This document shows positions 39,797 to 48,901 of a DNA stretch of 64,000 bases, piece after piece. Within the stretch, counting starts at the first letter, position 1; each line of letters opens with the position of its first letter. Below the pieces are notes generated by a model. It saw only the letters and a list, made by a program, of their open reading frames with translations. It had not been told where the DNA came from and ran no database searches. Source of the stretch: Thermoflexus hugenholtzii JAD2. GTDB lineage: Bacteria > Chloroflexota > Dehalococcoidia > UBA2979. Where the stretch lies: assembly GCA_945903275.1 (NCBI GenBank), contig CAMDNW010000001.1, positions 128,303 through 192,302 of the forward strand, read 5' to 3'. The translations under genes and the position numbers were made by a program.

Positions 39797-40198
39797 ATGC
39801 ACATCAATTTCACCTTCCTCTGCGACGCCGCCAGTCAGGGCGCTAACGGCAAGATCGATGCCCTCGGCATCGGCGTTAGCCGCCTGTTCGCCTCGGCGCT
39901 CCCGGTACAGCACCCGATGCTGTTCGCGGTCGCCGAGGTCGCCTATAACGCGATGGAGGCCGGCCCGAAGGCGATGGCGCTCCGGCTCATCGACGCCGAC
40001 GGCCGCGACGTGATCCCGCCTGTGAACAGCGAGTTCTTCCTCGCCGCGATCGCTGACAACCCGGCTTGCGTCGCGCACCTCATTCTGCAGTTCGCGATGG
40101 TGCAGTTCACTGCGTTTGGCGACTACGCCGTAGAACTTGCCATCGACGGCCGGCCGATCGCGTCGCTGCCCCTCGCCATCGTCCAAGCAGCGACATAA
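39797..40198 (+). CDS. DUF6941-like hypothetical protein
   Basis: FLCDAA...GKIDALG, F..FGDY.VEL.IDG pattern. Confidence 0.7.
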   Translation: MHINFTFLCDAASQGANGKIDALGIGVSRLFASALPVQHPMLFAVAEVAYNAMEAGPKAMALRLIDADGRDVIPPVNSEFFLAAIADNPACVAHLILQFAMVQFTAFGDYAVELAIDGRPIASLPLAIVQAAT

Positions 40199-40222
40199 CG
40201 TATCGAGGAGCCAACGCGCCCT

Positions 40223-41050
40223 ATGTCTGAGCTGGCCACCGCCGCACTGCTTGCCTTCGCCCACACCCTCGCCGACGCTGCCGACGAGGCGAATATGCGT
40301 CATTACCGAGCCAACCCTGAGATTTGGCAAAAGTCCGACGGCAGCCTCGTCACCCTCGCTGACACCCAGACTGAATCGCTATTGCGAGCGCAGATCGCCG
40401 CGCGCTTTCCCGGCCACCGCATCCTCGGCGAGGAAGAAGGGGAAACCCGTCCGCCGATGCCGCTCGACGCTGGCCCCGGCGACGCTCCGCCGCCCGGTTG
40501 GATCCTTGACCCCATCGACGGCACCCACAACTTCGCCCGAGGCGTCCCGATCTGGGCCACGCTCATCGCCTGCGAGCGTGACGGCCGTCCTGAGGTTGGT
40601 GTGGTCTCCGCACCTGCCCTCGGCACACGTTGGTGGGCTGCCCGTGGTCTCGGCGCGTACCGCCGTGACCGTCTCACCGGTGTCGAGGAGCGCATCCACG
40701 TCTCGCCTCGCGCCACGCTCGCGGAGTCGCAGGTGCTCTATGGCTCCTACACGCTCACCTTTGACGCTTGGGCTGGCCGCGCCGAGGCGCTCATGCGCGG
40801 CTCATGGCGGCAGCGCGGCTTCGGCGACTTCTGGCAGCACTGTCTCGTCGCCGAGGGCGCCGCCGAGGTCGCCCTCGAAGGCCAGATCAAGCCATGGGAC
40901 ATCGCGGCCGCGCAGATCATCGTCGAAGAAGCCGGTGGCCGCCTCACGGACCTCGATGGCGTTGCCCGCATCGATGCTGGCTACTGCATCACCTCGAACG
41001 GCGCGCTGCACGATATCGTGCTCCGCGCGCTGCGGGGCGAAGGCTCCTAG
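40223..41050 (+). CDS. hisN: Histidinol-phosphatase, inositol monophosphatase family
   Basis: ILGEE, WILDPIDGTHNF, RGFGDFW, PWDIAA; his cluster context. Confidence 0.88.
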   Translation: MSELATAALLAFAHTLADAADEANMRHYRANPEIWQKSDGSLVTLADTQTESLLRAQIAARFPGHRILGEEEGETRPPMPLDAGPGDAPPPGWILDPIDGTHNFARGVPIWATLIACERDGRPEVGVVSAPALGTRWWAARGLGAYRRDRLTGVEERIHVSPRATLAESQVLYGSYTLTFDAWAGRAEALMRGSWRQRGFGDFWQHCLVAEGAAEVALEGQIKPWDIAAAQIIVEEAGGRLTDLDGVARIDAGYCITSNGALHDIVLRALRGEGS

Positions 41051-41793
41051 CGTGCCGCAGCGGCCTGCGGCGTTCCAGCGTGCAGTGCCTCCAGCCGCGC
41101 TACGAGGAACGCGCGAAGCGTGTCGCGCCCCTCGGTGCTAATCCCGCCGTGACCGCCAGGTGTTGATTGCAACCGCTTGTCCACAGAGGCGATCTGTCCG
41201 TACAACTCGAACGCGCTCTCGCGTTCAAAGCGCTCGTCGTCCCACTGCACGTGGTATACGAGAGGGCAGGTGATCCGAGGCGCATCTTCCGCTAGCCGTG
41301 CCGCGATCCCACTCCGGTCGATCGAGGTGCCCCGATACCCGCACAGCCCCAGCACCGCGACCGCGATCCGTGGCTCTGCGGCCACGTACGGGATGCCGAA
41401 CATCGAACCCATCGAGAGCCCGTGAAACCCGACCGCGTTCGCGTCGAACTCGCCGAGTGCCAGCAGCGCGTCCAGCGTCCTCGCCCAATCGATATTCATG
41501 TCCTCGATAACATTTGGGCGCGCCCACATAGCGCTGTATTCCGGATGCTCGGTCGTCGTCACCGGCCCACGATCGCCGTGTGCCGGCCCATCAATGGCCG
41601 CGGTAGCGATCCCACACCGTCCGGTGAAGTAGTCGCGTGCATCGAGGATGTTCGCGGTGTTCTTCGACCCGCTCCCGCCGTGCCCCAGCAGGATCATCGG
41701 CTTCACTCCCGAGACATCCGAGGCTGAGGCTGTCCACAGCATCCCTGGCACCGGCCCGTTCGCCCCTGCCACCCAAAATTGCCGTTCGGTCAT
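41047..41793 (-). CDS. Alpha/beta hydrolase (dienelactone hydrolase-like)
   Basis: LGHGGS, IDGPAHGDR, GLSMG nucleophile, QWDDE, PGGH. Confidence 0.85.
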   Translation of the reverse strand: MTERQFWVAGANGPVPGMLWTASASDVSGVKPMILLGHGGSGSKNTANILDARDYFTGRCGIATAAIDGPAHGDRGPVTTTEHPEYSAMWARPNVIEDMNIDWARTLDALLALGEFDANAVGFHGLSMGSMFGIPYVAAEPRIAVAVLGLCGYRGTSIDRSGIAARLAEDAPRITCPLVYHVQWDDERFERESAFELYGQIASVDKRLQSTPGGHGGISTEGRDTLRAFLVARLEALHAGTPQAAAAR

Positions 41794-41885
41794 GCCGCCG
41801 TCTATCAGATGAGTCGTGATGATGTCTATCGCGGTGCTCCCATTCGTGCGGGCGCATCATACGTCTGGCGGGGAGGCAGAAGTCG

Positions 41886-42155
41886 CTATCGCCCCGGCGC
41901 CGTAACCTCACTCACATCGAACGAGAACATTTCGATCACTGGGTTTGCCAGCAGCTGCTCGCACATCGAACGTACCGAGGTTTCCGCCGCCGGCGCCGAT
42001 TCCGCGCGCACGGTGACCTCGATGCGCTTGCCGACACGCACCATGCACACCCCAGAGTGTCCGAGCGAGTGGAGGCCGTCGCGCACCGCGAGGCCCTGCG
42101 GGTCGTTGACCAGCGGTTTTAGCATCACGTCGATACGGGCGAGGTAGTCGGCCAT
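41886..42155 (-). CDS. purS: FGAM synthase subunit PurS
   Basis: LKPLVNDPQG, VRVGK, MCEQLLANPVIE. Confidence 0.95.
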   Translation of the reverse strand: MADYLARIDVMLKPLVNDPQGLAVRDGLHSLGHSGVCMVRVGKRIEVTVRAESAPAAETSVRSMCEQLLANPVIEMFSFDVSEVTAPGR

Positions 42156-42163
42156 CGGTGCTC

Positions 42164-43069
42164 CTATCGTTCGGGTAGCGGCGCGCCGGTCAGAAGCCGG
42201 TACGCCTCGAGATACCGTTCAGATGTGTCGCTCACGATGTCGCTCGGCAGCACTGGCCCCGGCGGGCGCTTGTCCCAGTCGGACGCTTCTAGCCAGTCGC
42301 GCAGAGGCTGCTTGTCGAACGACTGCTGGTCATGCCCCGGCTCATACCGATCCACCGGCCAGAACCGCGAGGAGTCCGGCGTCAGGCATTCGTCGATCAG
42401 CGTTACCTCGCCGTCGATTATCCCGAACTCGAACTTCGTGTCCGCGATGATGATCCCCTGCTCCAGCGCGACCTCTGAGGCGTACCGGTACAGCGCCAGC
42501 GATCGTAGCCGCATCACATGCGCCCGCTCTAGCCCCACCAGCGCCTCGACTTGTTCGTAGGTGATCGGCTCGTCGTGCCCCTCTGCGGCTTTGTAGGAGG
42601 GCGTGAAGATCGGCTCGAACAGGCGGTCGGCTTGCCGCAACCCGTCGTCGAGTTTGATTCCGCTGATCGGGCGGCCTGCCTGGTAGTCCGCCCATCCCGA
42701 TCCCGCGAGGTAGCCGCGCACAACGCATTCCACTGGCAGCGGCTCGGCCTTGCGCACCACCATCGAGCGCCCAAAGAACGATGCGTCCGCGTCCACACAG
42801 AGTTCACTTGCGTTCGAGGCGTCGAGCACTGCGATCATGTGGTTCGGCACCACAAGGTTGGTGCGGTCAAACCAGTATGCGGACAGCCTCGTCAGCACCT
42901 CGCCTTTGCGCGGTATGCCGTTGCGCATCACCACGTCAAACGCCGACAGGCGGTCGGTGGCGACCATCAGCATGCGGTCGCCCGGCAACCCATACAGGTC
43001 GCGCACCTTGCCGCGGTTGAGCAGGCCCGGCCGTTCGGTGGTGAGAATCACTTCGTTGGCTGCGGTCAT
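42164..43069 (-). CDS. purC: SAICAR synthase
   Basis: GKVRDLY, TDRLSAFD, ECVVRGYL, ADTKFEFG, TPDSSRFW. Confidence 0.97.
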   Translation of the reverse strand: MTAANEVILTTERPGLLNRGKVRDLYGLPGDRMLMVATDRLSAFDVVMRNGIPRKGEVLTRLSAYWFDRTNLVVPNHMIAVLDASNASELCVDADASFFGRSMVVRKAEPLPVECVVRGYLAGSGWADYQAGRPISGIKLDDGLRQADRLFEPIFTPSYKAAEGHDEPITYEQVEALVGLERAHVMRLRSLALYRYASEVALEQGIIIADTKFEFGIIDGEVTLIDECLTPDSSRFWPVDRYEPGHDQQSFDKQPLRDWLEASDWDKRPPGPVLPSDIVSDTSERYLEAYRLLTGAPLPER

Positions 43070-43129
43070 CGAGATTGATCCTCTTGCTGTGAATGGGCTC
43101 GTTTGTATCTCGGTGCATCCTCTTCCAGG

Positions 43130-44425
43130 TCACAAAAGCCCGATGCGCTGGAACGACGAGTCGATGTGCACGAGGTACGCGCGGTAGTCGAACACCTTGT
43201 CGAGCACGGCCTTGTCGAGGCGCGTAGTGACCTCGGGATCCGATTCTAGCAGCCCTCGGAACGGGGTCTGTTGGTCCCACGCTGCCATCGAGTGGCGCTG
43301 CACGATCTTGTACGCGTCCTCGCGGCTCATCCCGCTCTCGATCAGCGCCAGCAGTACTTTCTGTGAGAACACCAGCCCTTGTGTCCGTTCGAGGTTGAAC
43401 GTCATCCGCTCGGGATACACCACCAGGCCATCCATAACGCCTGTGAAGATGTGCAGCATGTAGGCCAGCAGCCCGGTCGCGTCCGGCAGCACGATGCGCT
43501 CTGTGCTGGAGTGCGAGATGTCCCGTTCGTGCCAGAGCGCCACGTCTTCCAGCGCCATCACCGCGTAGCCGCGTAGCGTCCGCGAGAGGCCGCACACGCG
43601 CTCACACAACTCCGGGTTCCGCTTGTGCGGCATCGAGGATGATCCGGTCTGCCCGGCGGTGAACGGCTCCTCGGCTTCCAGAATCTCTGTGCGCTGCAAG
43701 CCTCGGATCTCCGTCGCGAACTTCTCCATCGACGACCCGATGCCCGCGATCGCCGAGACGTACGCCGCGTGCCGGTCGCGCTGGATGATTTGGTTGGTCA
43801 CCGGCGCCACCGCGATGCCGAGGTGCTTGCAAGCCGCCTCTTCGACCGCGGGCGGCACCGTGGCGTGCGTGCCTACCGGCCCCGACATCTGCCCCACTGC
43901 GATCGTCGCGCGCGCCTGTTTCAGCCGCTCTTCGTGCCGCTTCAGTTCATCGACCCACACCGCGAGCTTCAGCCCGAAGGTGGTTGGCTCGGCGTGAACT
44001 CCATGCGTGCGACCCACACAAATCGTGTCCTTGTGCGTCAGCGCCTGCCGTCCGACGACCTCGCGCAACTTCGCGAGTTGCCCCAGCAGCACATCGGCCG
44101 CCGCCATCATCTGAAGGCTCGTCGCGGTGTCCCACACGTCCGAGGATGTGAGCCCCAAGTGTACCCACCGCGATTCCGGACCTAGGGAGTCGGCGACCGA
44201 CCGCATGAACGCGGTCACGTCGTGGTGTGTTTCCGCGATGTACTTGTTGATGTCGTCGATGTTTACCTTGGCGTGCTGAGCGATGAGGTCGGCGTCCTTG
44301 CGCGGCACTTCGCCATGGTCGGCCCACGCTTGGATGACAGCGACCTCTACCTGGAGCCAAGTGTTGTACTTGAACTCGTCTTCCCAGATCGCGGTTATCT
44401 CGGGGCGGCTATAACGGGGGATCAT
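43130..44425 (-). CDS. purB: Adenylosuccinate lyase
   Basis: MIPRY, GRTHGVHAEP, GSSSMPHKRNP. Confidence 0.97.
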   Translation of the reverse strand: MIPRYSRPEITAIWEDEFKYNTWLQVEVAVIQAWADHGEVPRKDADLIAQHAKVNIDDINKYIAETHHDVTAFMRSVADSLGPESRWVHLGLTSSDVWDTATSLQMMAAADVLLGQLAKLREVVGRQALTHKDTICVGRTHGVHAEPTTFGLKLAVWVDELKRHEERLKQARATIAVGQMSGPVGTHATVPPAVEEAACKHLGIAVAPVTNQIIQRDRHAAYVSAIAGIGSSMEKFATEIRGLQRTEILEAEEPFTAGQTGSSSMPHKRNPELCERVCGLSRTLRGYAVMALEDVALWHERDISHSSTERIVLPDATGLLAYMLHIFTGVMDGLVVYPERMTFNLERTQGLVFSQKVLLALIESGMSREDAYKIVQRHSMAAWDQQTPFRGLLESDPEVTTRLDKAVLDKVFDYRAYLVHIDSSFQRIGLL

Positions 44426-44455
44426 GCTGTTACCTTGTCAGTACGGGTTCAAGGG

Positions 44456-44809
44456 CTAAGTGAGATCGCCGAGGAAGTCCTCGCGCACTGGCGAGAACGC
44501 CTCGAGCAATGTTGTAGTGTCGATGGCGATGACATGATGTGGCACACCACCCGGGATCACATACGCGTCGCCCGGGCCAAGTTCCAGCGCTTGCCCGCTG
44601 ATGGTGAAGCGTACCCGCCCGCTGGCTACCTGTCCCGCTTGCTCGTGTGGATGCACATGCTCTGGCACCTCGTGCCCCTCCGCAATCTGAATCTCCACCA
44701 GCGTCAGGTTCGTGCCTGATCCGAGTGTCCGCCTTGTCACACCGGGGAACGCCTCCACCGCGCGCATTGAGGCGTACCGCCGTTCGAATGTCTGATCCAC
44801 CATCGTCAC
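44456..44809 (-). CDS. Cupin domain protein
   Basis: PEHVHPHEQ, IPGGVPH, FSPVREDF. Confidence 0.9.
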   Translation of the reverse strand: MTMVDQTFERRYASMRAVEAFPGVTRRTLGSGTNLTLVEIQIAEGHEVPEHVHPHEQAGQVASGRVRFTISGQALELGPGDAYVIPGGVPHHVIAIDTTTLLEAFSPVREDFLGDLT

Positions 44810-45222
44810 CCCGCCACTCTCGACACCATCGGGTCAGGCCCGAGGATTACCTGCGCCATCGTACGGCTCACCGCGTCGCGCTCGTGTACGTCGCCGAACA
44901 ACGCCCATACCTCGGGCTCGCGCCCCTCGGCGGTCTCCGCCACGACGCGCGCAAACTGTCGCGCCGCGTCCTCCAGCGGCGCGCGCTGCGCGGCCACCGT
45001 GGCTGCCGGTATCTCATCCGGCCGCAAGTTGCGGATCACCAGTTCCCGGTTCCCCGCGAGTCCATCGAGCACTTCCTCGATCATCGCCCCGCGCCCCGCT
45101 CCCCACGTCGCGATGTAGTGCAGGCATGGCAGCGGCTCGGGCTGCGCCGGCGCCGTCGACAGCGTGTCGATGTCGATGCTGCGCCGGCATTCGCGCATCG
45201 GGCAGCGCACGAAGTGGCTCAC
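44806..45222 (-). CDS. Hypothetical protein with CxxxxC..CxH motif
   Basis: 4-nt overlaps with both purD and the cupin gene. Confidence 0.7.
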   Translation of the reverse strand: MSHFVRCPMRECRRSIDIDTLSTAPAQPEPLPCLHYIATWGAGRGAMIEEVLDGLAGNRELVIRNLRPDEIPAATVAAQRAPLEDAARQFARVVAETAEGREPEVWALFGDVHERDAVSRTMAQVILGPDPMVSRVAG

Positions 45223-46517
45223 CGCGATGCCTCGATCGGCGCATCCGCCGTGGCGCCGATGTCCGTTCGGTAGTGCGCTCCCTCGAAGTGGATGCGCCGC
45301 ACGTTGTCATACGCCCGCGTCCGCGCTTCGGCTACAGTCGCGCCGATCGCGACGACGCAGAGCACTCGCCCGCCCGAGGTGCGCAACACGCCGGCTTCGT
45401 CACGCTGCGCTCCGGCGATGAAAACGTGTACATCGCTATCCACGCTGTCGATGCCTTCGATTGGGAAGCCGGTTTCGTACTCTCCGGGATACCCGGCGGA
45501 TGCCATCATCACGCCCACGGTCGCATCGTCCGACCATTCCACCGGCACTTCGGCGAGACGGCCATGTGCCACCGCATGACAGATGTCGAGCAAATCGGAA
45601 CGCAGCCGGGGGAGCAAGACTTCTGTCTCGGGATCGCCGAAGCGGCTGTTGAACTCGACGACTTGCGGCCCGTCGGCGGTCAGCATCATGCCGGGATAGA
45701 TCACACCTCGATAGGGACGTCCGGCAGCAGCGAGGGCGCGTACCGCGCGCTCGGTCACCTCGTTCTCGATGGCTGACTGGATCGCAGGATCAAGCCAGCC
45801 AGGTGGTGAGTAGACCCCTATGCCCCCGGTGTTTGGGCCAACATTGCCATCGAAGACAGGCTTGTAGTCGCATGAGAACGGCATGTGGCGGACCGTGACG
45901 CCATCAGTAAACGCGTGCGCCGATGTCTCGCGCCCGGTCATCCGCTGCTCGATGACGATGCGTGCCCCGGCAGGCCCGAACCGATTGTGTACCATCGCGT
46001 CTTCAATCGCCTGCAATGCCTCTGCAACGGTGTCGCAGACGACCACGCCCTTGCCCAGCGCCAGCCCGTCAGCCTTCACGACGCATTGCAGGTCAGCCAT
46101 GTAGATCGCGCGGGCAAATTCGCGCGCCTCCCATGCGTTATCGAACGTTTTCGCGCCTGCTGTTGCGATGCCAGCGTCGGCCATCAACTGCTTGGCGAAT
46201 GATTTCGACCACTCGATCTCGGCCGCTGCACGCGTCGGGCCGAACGCCGCAATCCCAGCGGCTTCGAGGCAGTCGACCACCCCCGCAGCAAGCGGATCAT
46301 CTGGTGTAACGATCACGAGATCGGCGTGAATCCGCTGCGCAAGTGCGAGTACGGCCTCGGGGTCGGTGGTTTCGACCTCGACGTTCTCTCCGTAGGCCGC
46401 CGTCCCCGCGTTCCCCGGCCCGATCCACAACTTCCCAAGGTTCGGCGACTGCGCGACCTTCCACGCAATCGCGTGCTCGCGCGCCCCGGAACCGATTAGC
46501 AGGACGTTTAGCGCCAC
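45219..46517 (-). CDS. purD: Phosphoribosylamine--glycine ligase
   Basis: GSGAREHA, KADGLALGKGV, GPNTGG, EFNSRFGDPE, GGRVL. Confidence 0.97.
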   Translation of the reverse strand: MALNVLLIGSGAREHAIAWKVAQSPNLGKLWIGPGNAGTAAYGENVEVETTDPEAVLALAQRIHADLVIVTPDDPLAAGVVDCLEAAGIAAFGPTRAAAEIEWSKSFAKQLMADAGIATAGAKTFDNAWEAREFARAIYMADLQCVVKADGLALGKGVVVCDTVAEALQAIEDAMVHNRFGPAGARIVIEQRMTGRETSAHAFTDGVTVRHMPFSCDYKPVFDGNVGPNTGGIGVYSPPGWLDPAIQSAIENEVTERAVRALAAAGRPYRGVIYPGMMLTADGPQVVEFNSRFGDPETEVLLPRLRSDLLDICHAVAHGRLAEVPVEWSDDATVGVMMASAGYPGEYETGFPIEGIDSVDSDVHVFIAGAQRDEAGVLRTSGGRVLCVVAIGATVAEARTRAYDNVRRIHFEGAHYRTDIGATADAPIEASR

Positions 46518-46518
46518 G

Positions 46519-48186
46519 CTATTCCCATTCGATGGTGCCGGGCGGCTTGCTGGTGATGTCGTACACCACCCGGTTGACCTCCGGCACTTCGTTCACGATG
46601 CGTGTCGAGATGCGGCCTAGCAGGTCGTCGGGCAGCCGCGCCCAGTCGGCGGTCATCGCGTCCTCGGCGGTTACGCAGCGCAGCGCGATGCAGTAGCCGT
46701 AGGTGCGGAAGTCGCCTTGCACGCCCACAGTCTTCGTGTCGGTCAGCACCGCGAACGCCTGCCACAGGTCGTAGTAGAGGGCCGCGCCACGAATCTCTTC
46801 CGTCACGATCCGGTCGGCCGCGCGTACGACCTCGACCTTCTCGCGCGTCACCTCGCCGATCACGCGGATCGCCAGCCCGGGGCCAGGGAACGGCTGCCGA
46901 TACACCATCTCGTCGGACAGTCCGAGTTCCTTGCCGACACGCCGTACCTCGTCTTTGAACAGGAACCGCAGCGGCTCGATCAGCGTGAACTGCATATCTG
47001 CCGGCAGCCCACCCACGTTGTGGTGTGTCTTGATCTTCGCCGCCGCGCTTGACCCGGTCGAAGCCGATTCGATCACGTCGGGATACGTCGTGCCCTGGCA
47101 GATGAAGTCGACGCGTCCCAGTGCAGCCGCCTCCGCCTCGAACACACGGATGAACATCTCGCCGATGCGCTTTCGCTTCGTCTCGGGGTTCGTCACCTCC
47201 ACGAGTTCCGCAAAAAACTTGTCGACGGCATCGACGTGCAGCAACTGCATCGCCATCTGCTCGCGGAAGTTCGAGACCACCTGCTCGCTCTCGCCCCAGC
47301 GCATCATGCCATTGTCGACATAGATGCACGTCAATTGGTCGCCGATCGCGCGATGCACCAGGGTGGCCGCGACCGCGGAGTCGACGCCGCCCGAGAGCGC
47401 GCAGATCACCTTGCCGTCGCCGACCCGCTCGCGGATGCTCTTCACCGACTCTTCAATGAAGTTCGCCGCCGTCCAGTCGCCCGCGCAGTGCGCGACCTCG
47501 AACAGGAAGTTGCGGATCAATTGGTCGCCCTGCGGCGTGTGTACCACCTCGGGGTGGAATTGGATTGCAAGGTGCCCCGCGTCGTCCGCCATCGCTGCCA
47601 CCGGCGACGACTCCGACTGCGCGAGCGAGCGGAACCCCGGCGGGAGGTCGACTACATGGTCGCCGTGCGACATCCACACCGGCATCGTGCTCGGCAGATC
47701 GTGGAACAGCGGGTTCTCGCCGTACGCGCGCGTGATCACCGCGTGCCCATACTCGCGATGCGTGCTTGGTGCGACCCGCCCGCCCAGTGTGTGTGCTAGT
47801 AACTGCATCCCGTAGCAAATACCGAGTACCGGTAGCCCCGAGGCGATGACATACGACGGCAGCGTCGGCGCATCCGCCTCGTACACCGAGGCTGGCCCGC
47901 CCGACAGCACAAAGCCCGCGATCCGTAGGTGGTTGAGCTGGTCTGCCGGGGTGTCCCACGGCACCAGCTCAGAGTAGACGCCAGCTTCGCGGATACGCCG
48001 TGCGATCAACATGGAGAACTGCGAGCCGTAGTCGAGGATGACCACCGCCTCCGGAGCATTCGGGGCGGGGGTGAAAATTTGTCCCGGTTCCCGCGATCCC
48101 GCGATCTCGAGGTACGTGCCGACTTCTCGGTCGCCGGAAGTGCGGATGCGGGGCGGCGCTGCGGCTGCCTCAATCGGATCTGGCAT
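46519..48186 (-). CDS. guaA: GMP synthase (glutamine-hydrolysing)
   Basis: [38 protein letters not shown]. Confidence 0.98.
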   Translation of the reverse strand: MPDPIEAAAAPPRIRTSGDREVGTYLEIAGSREPGQIFTPAPNAPEAVVILDYGSQFSMLIARRIREAGVYSELVPWDTPADQLNHLRIAGFVLSGGPASVYEADAPTLPSYVIASGLPVLGICYGMQLLAHTLGGRVAPSTHREYGHAVITRAYGENPLFHDLPSTMPVWMSHGDHVVDLPPGFRSLAQSESSPVAAMADDAGHLAIQFHPEVVHTPQGDQLIRNFLFEVAHCAGDWTAANFIEESVKSIRERVGDGKVICALSGGVDSAVAATLVHRAIGDQLTCIYVDNGMMRWGESEQVVSNFREQMAMQLLHVDAVDKFFAELVEVTNPETKRKRIGEMFIRVFEAEAAALGRVDFICQGTTYPDVIESASTGSSAAAKIKTHHNVGGLPADMQFTLIEPLRFLFKDEVRRVGKELGLSDEMVYRQPFPGPGLAIRVIGEVTREKVEVVRAADRIVTEEIRGAALYYDLWQAFAVLTDTKTVGVQGDFRTYGYCIALRCVTAEDAMTADWARLPDDLLGRISTRIVNEVPEVNRVVYDITSKPPGTIEWE

Positions 48187-48280
48187 CGGTGGCCTTGGTC
48201 TCGGGGGAGTCCGCTAGGTCGGGATCGTATCCAGCACTATCATGCGGGTCAACGCGAATGCACCGCAGGAGCCATTCCCG

Positions 48281-48901
48281 ATGCCGATCGTGCCCCCGGA
48301 ACGTGTTGGCGAGGTTGTCGAGGCACTCCGCTCTGGCAAGATCGTCTCTATCCCCACCGACACCGTCTACGGCCTCGCCGCCCTCGCCAACGCCCCCGAG
48401 GCTGTCCGCGGCCTCGGCGAACTAAAGGGGCGCGACTCGCCCCAACCGGTAGCCGTGCTCTTTGATGACATAAAGGATATCGACCCCTATATCCGACCTA
48501 GTAACGCGTTCATCAGGCTCTCCGCTTTCTGGCCCGGCCCGCTCACGCTCGTCGTCGAGGTGCGTCACGCCAGTGCCCGTACGTTCCTTGTCACGGATGA
48601 GGGCACCGTCGGCGTCCGCCAGCCCGCCGACACCCTCGCCCGCCGCGTGATCCGCGAGGCGGGTGGGGTGCTCGCCGTCACTAGCGCGAACTGGACTGGC
48701 GAACCGCCTGCGATGACCGCCGAGCAGGTCGCTGCTGCCTTTGGCGACTCCATTTTTGTGCTCGACGGTGGCCCGAGGACGGCGCAGCCCGCCTCCACGG
48801 TTGTCGACCTCACATGCTACCCGCCGCGAATCCTGCGCGAAGGCCCGCTCACCGCCGCGGAACTTGGTCTTGCCGCGCCAGAACCGAGCGGTAGCCGATG
48901 A
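48281..48901 (+). CDS. tsaC: L-threonylcarbamoyladenylate synthase (Sua5/YrdC)
   Basis: PTDTVYGL, KGR, FWPGPLT, TSAN, STVVD. Confidence 0.93.
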   Translation: MPIVPPERVGEVVEALRSGKIVSIPTDTVYGLAALANAPEAVRGLGELKGRDSPQPVAVLFDDIKDIDPYIRPSNAFIRLSAFWPGPLTLVVEVRHASARTFLVTDEGTVGVRQPADTLARRVIREAGGVLAVTSANWTGEPPAMTAEQVAAAFGDSIFVLDGGPRTAQPASTVVDLTCYPPRILREGPLTAAELGLAAPEPSGSR

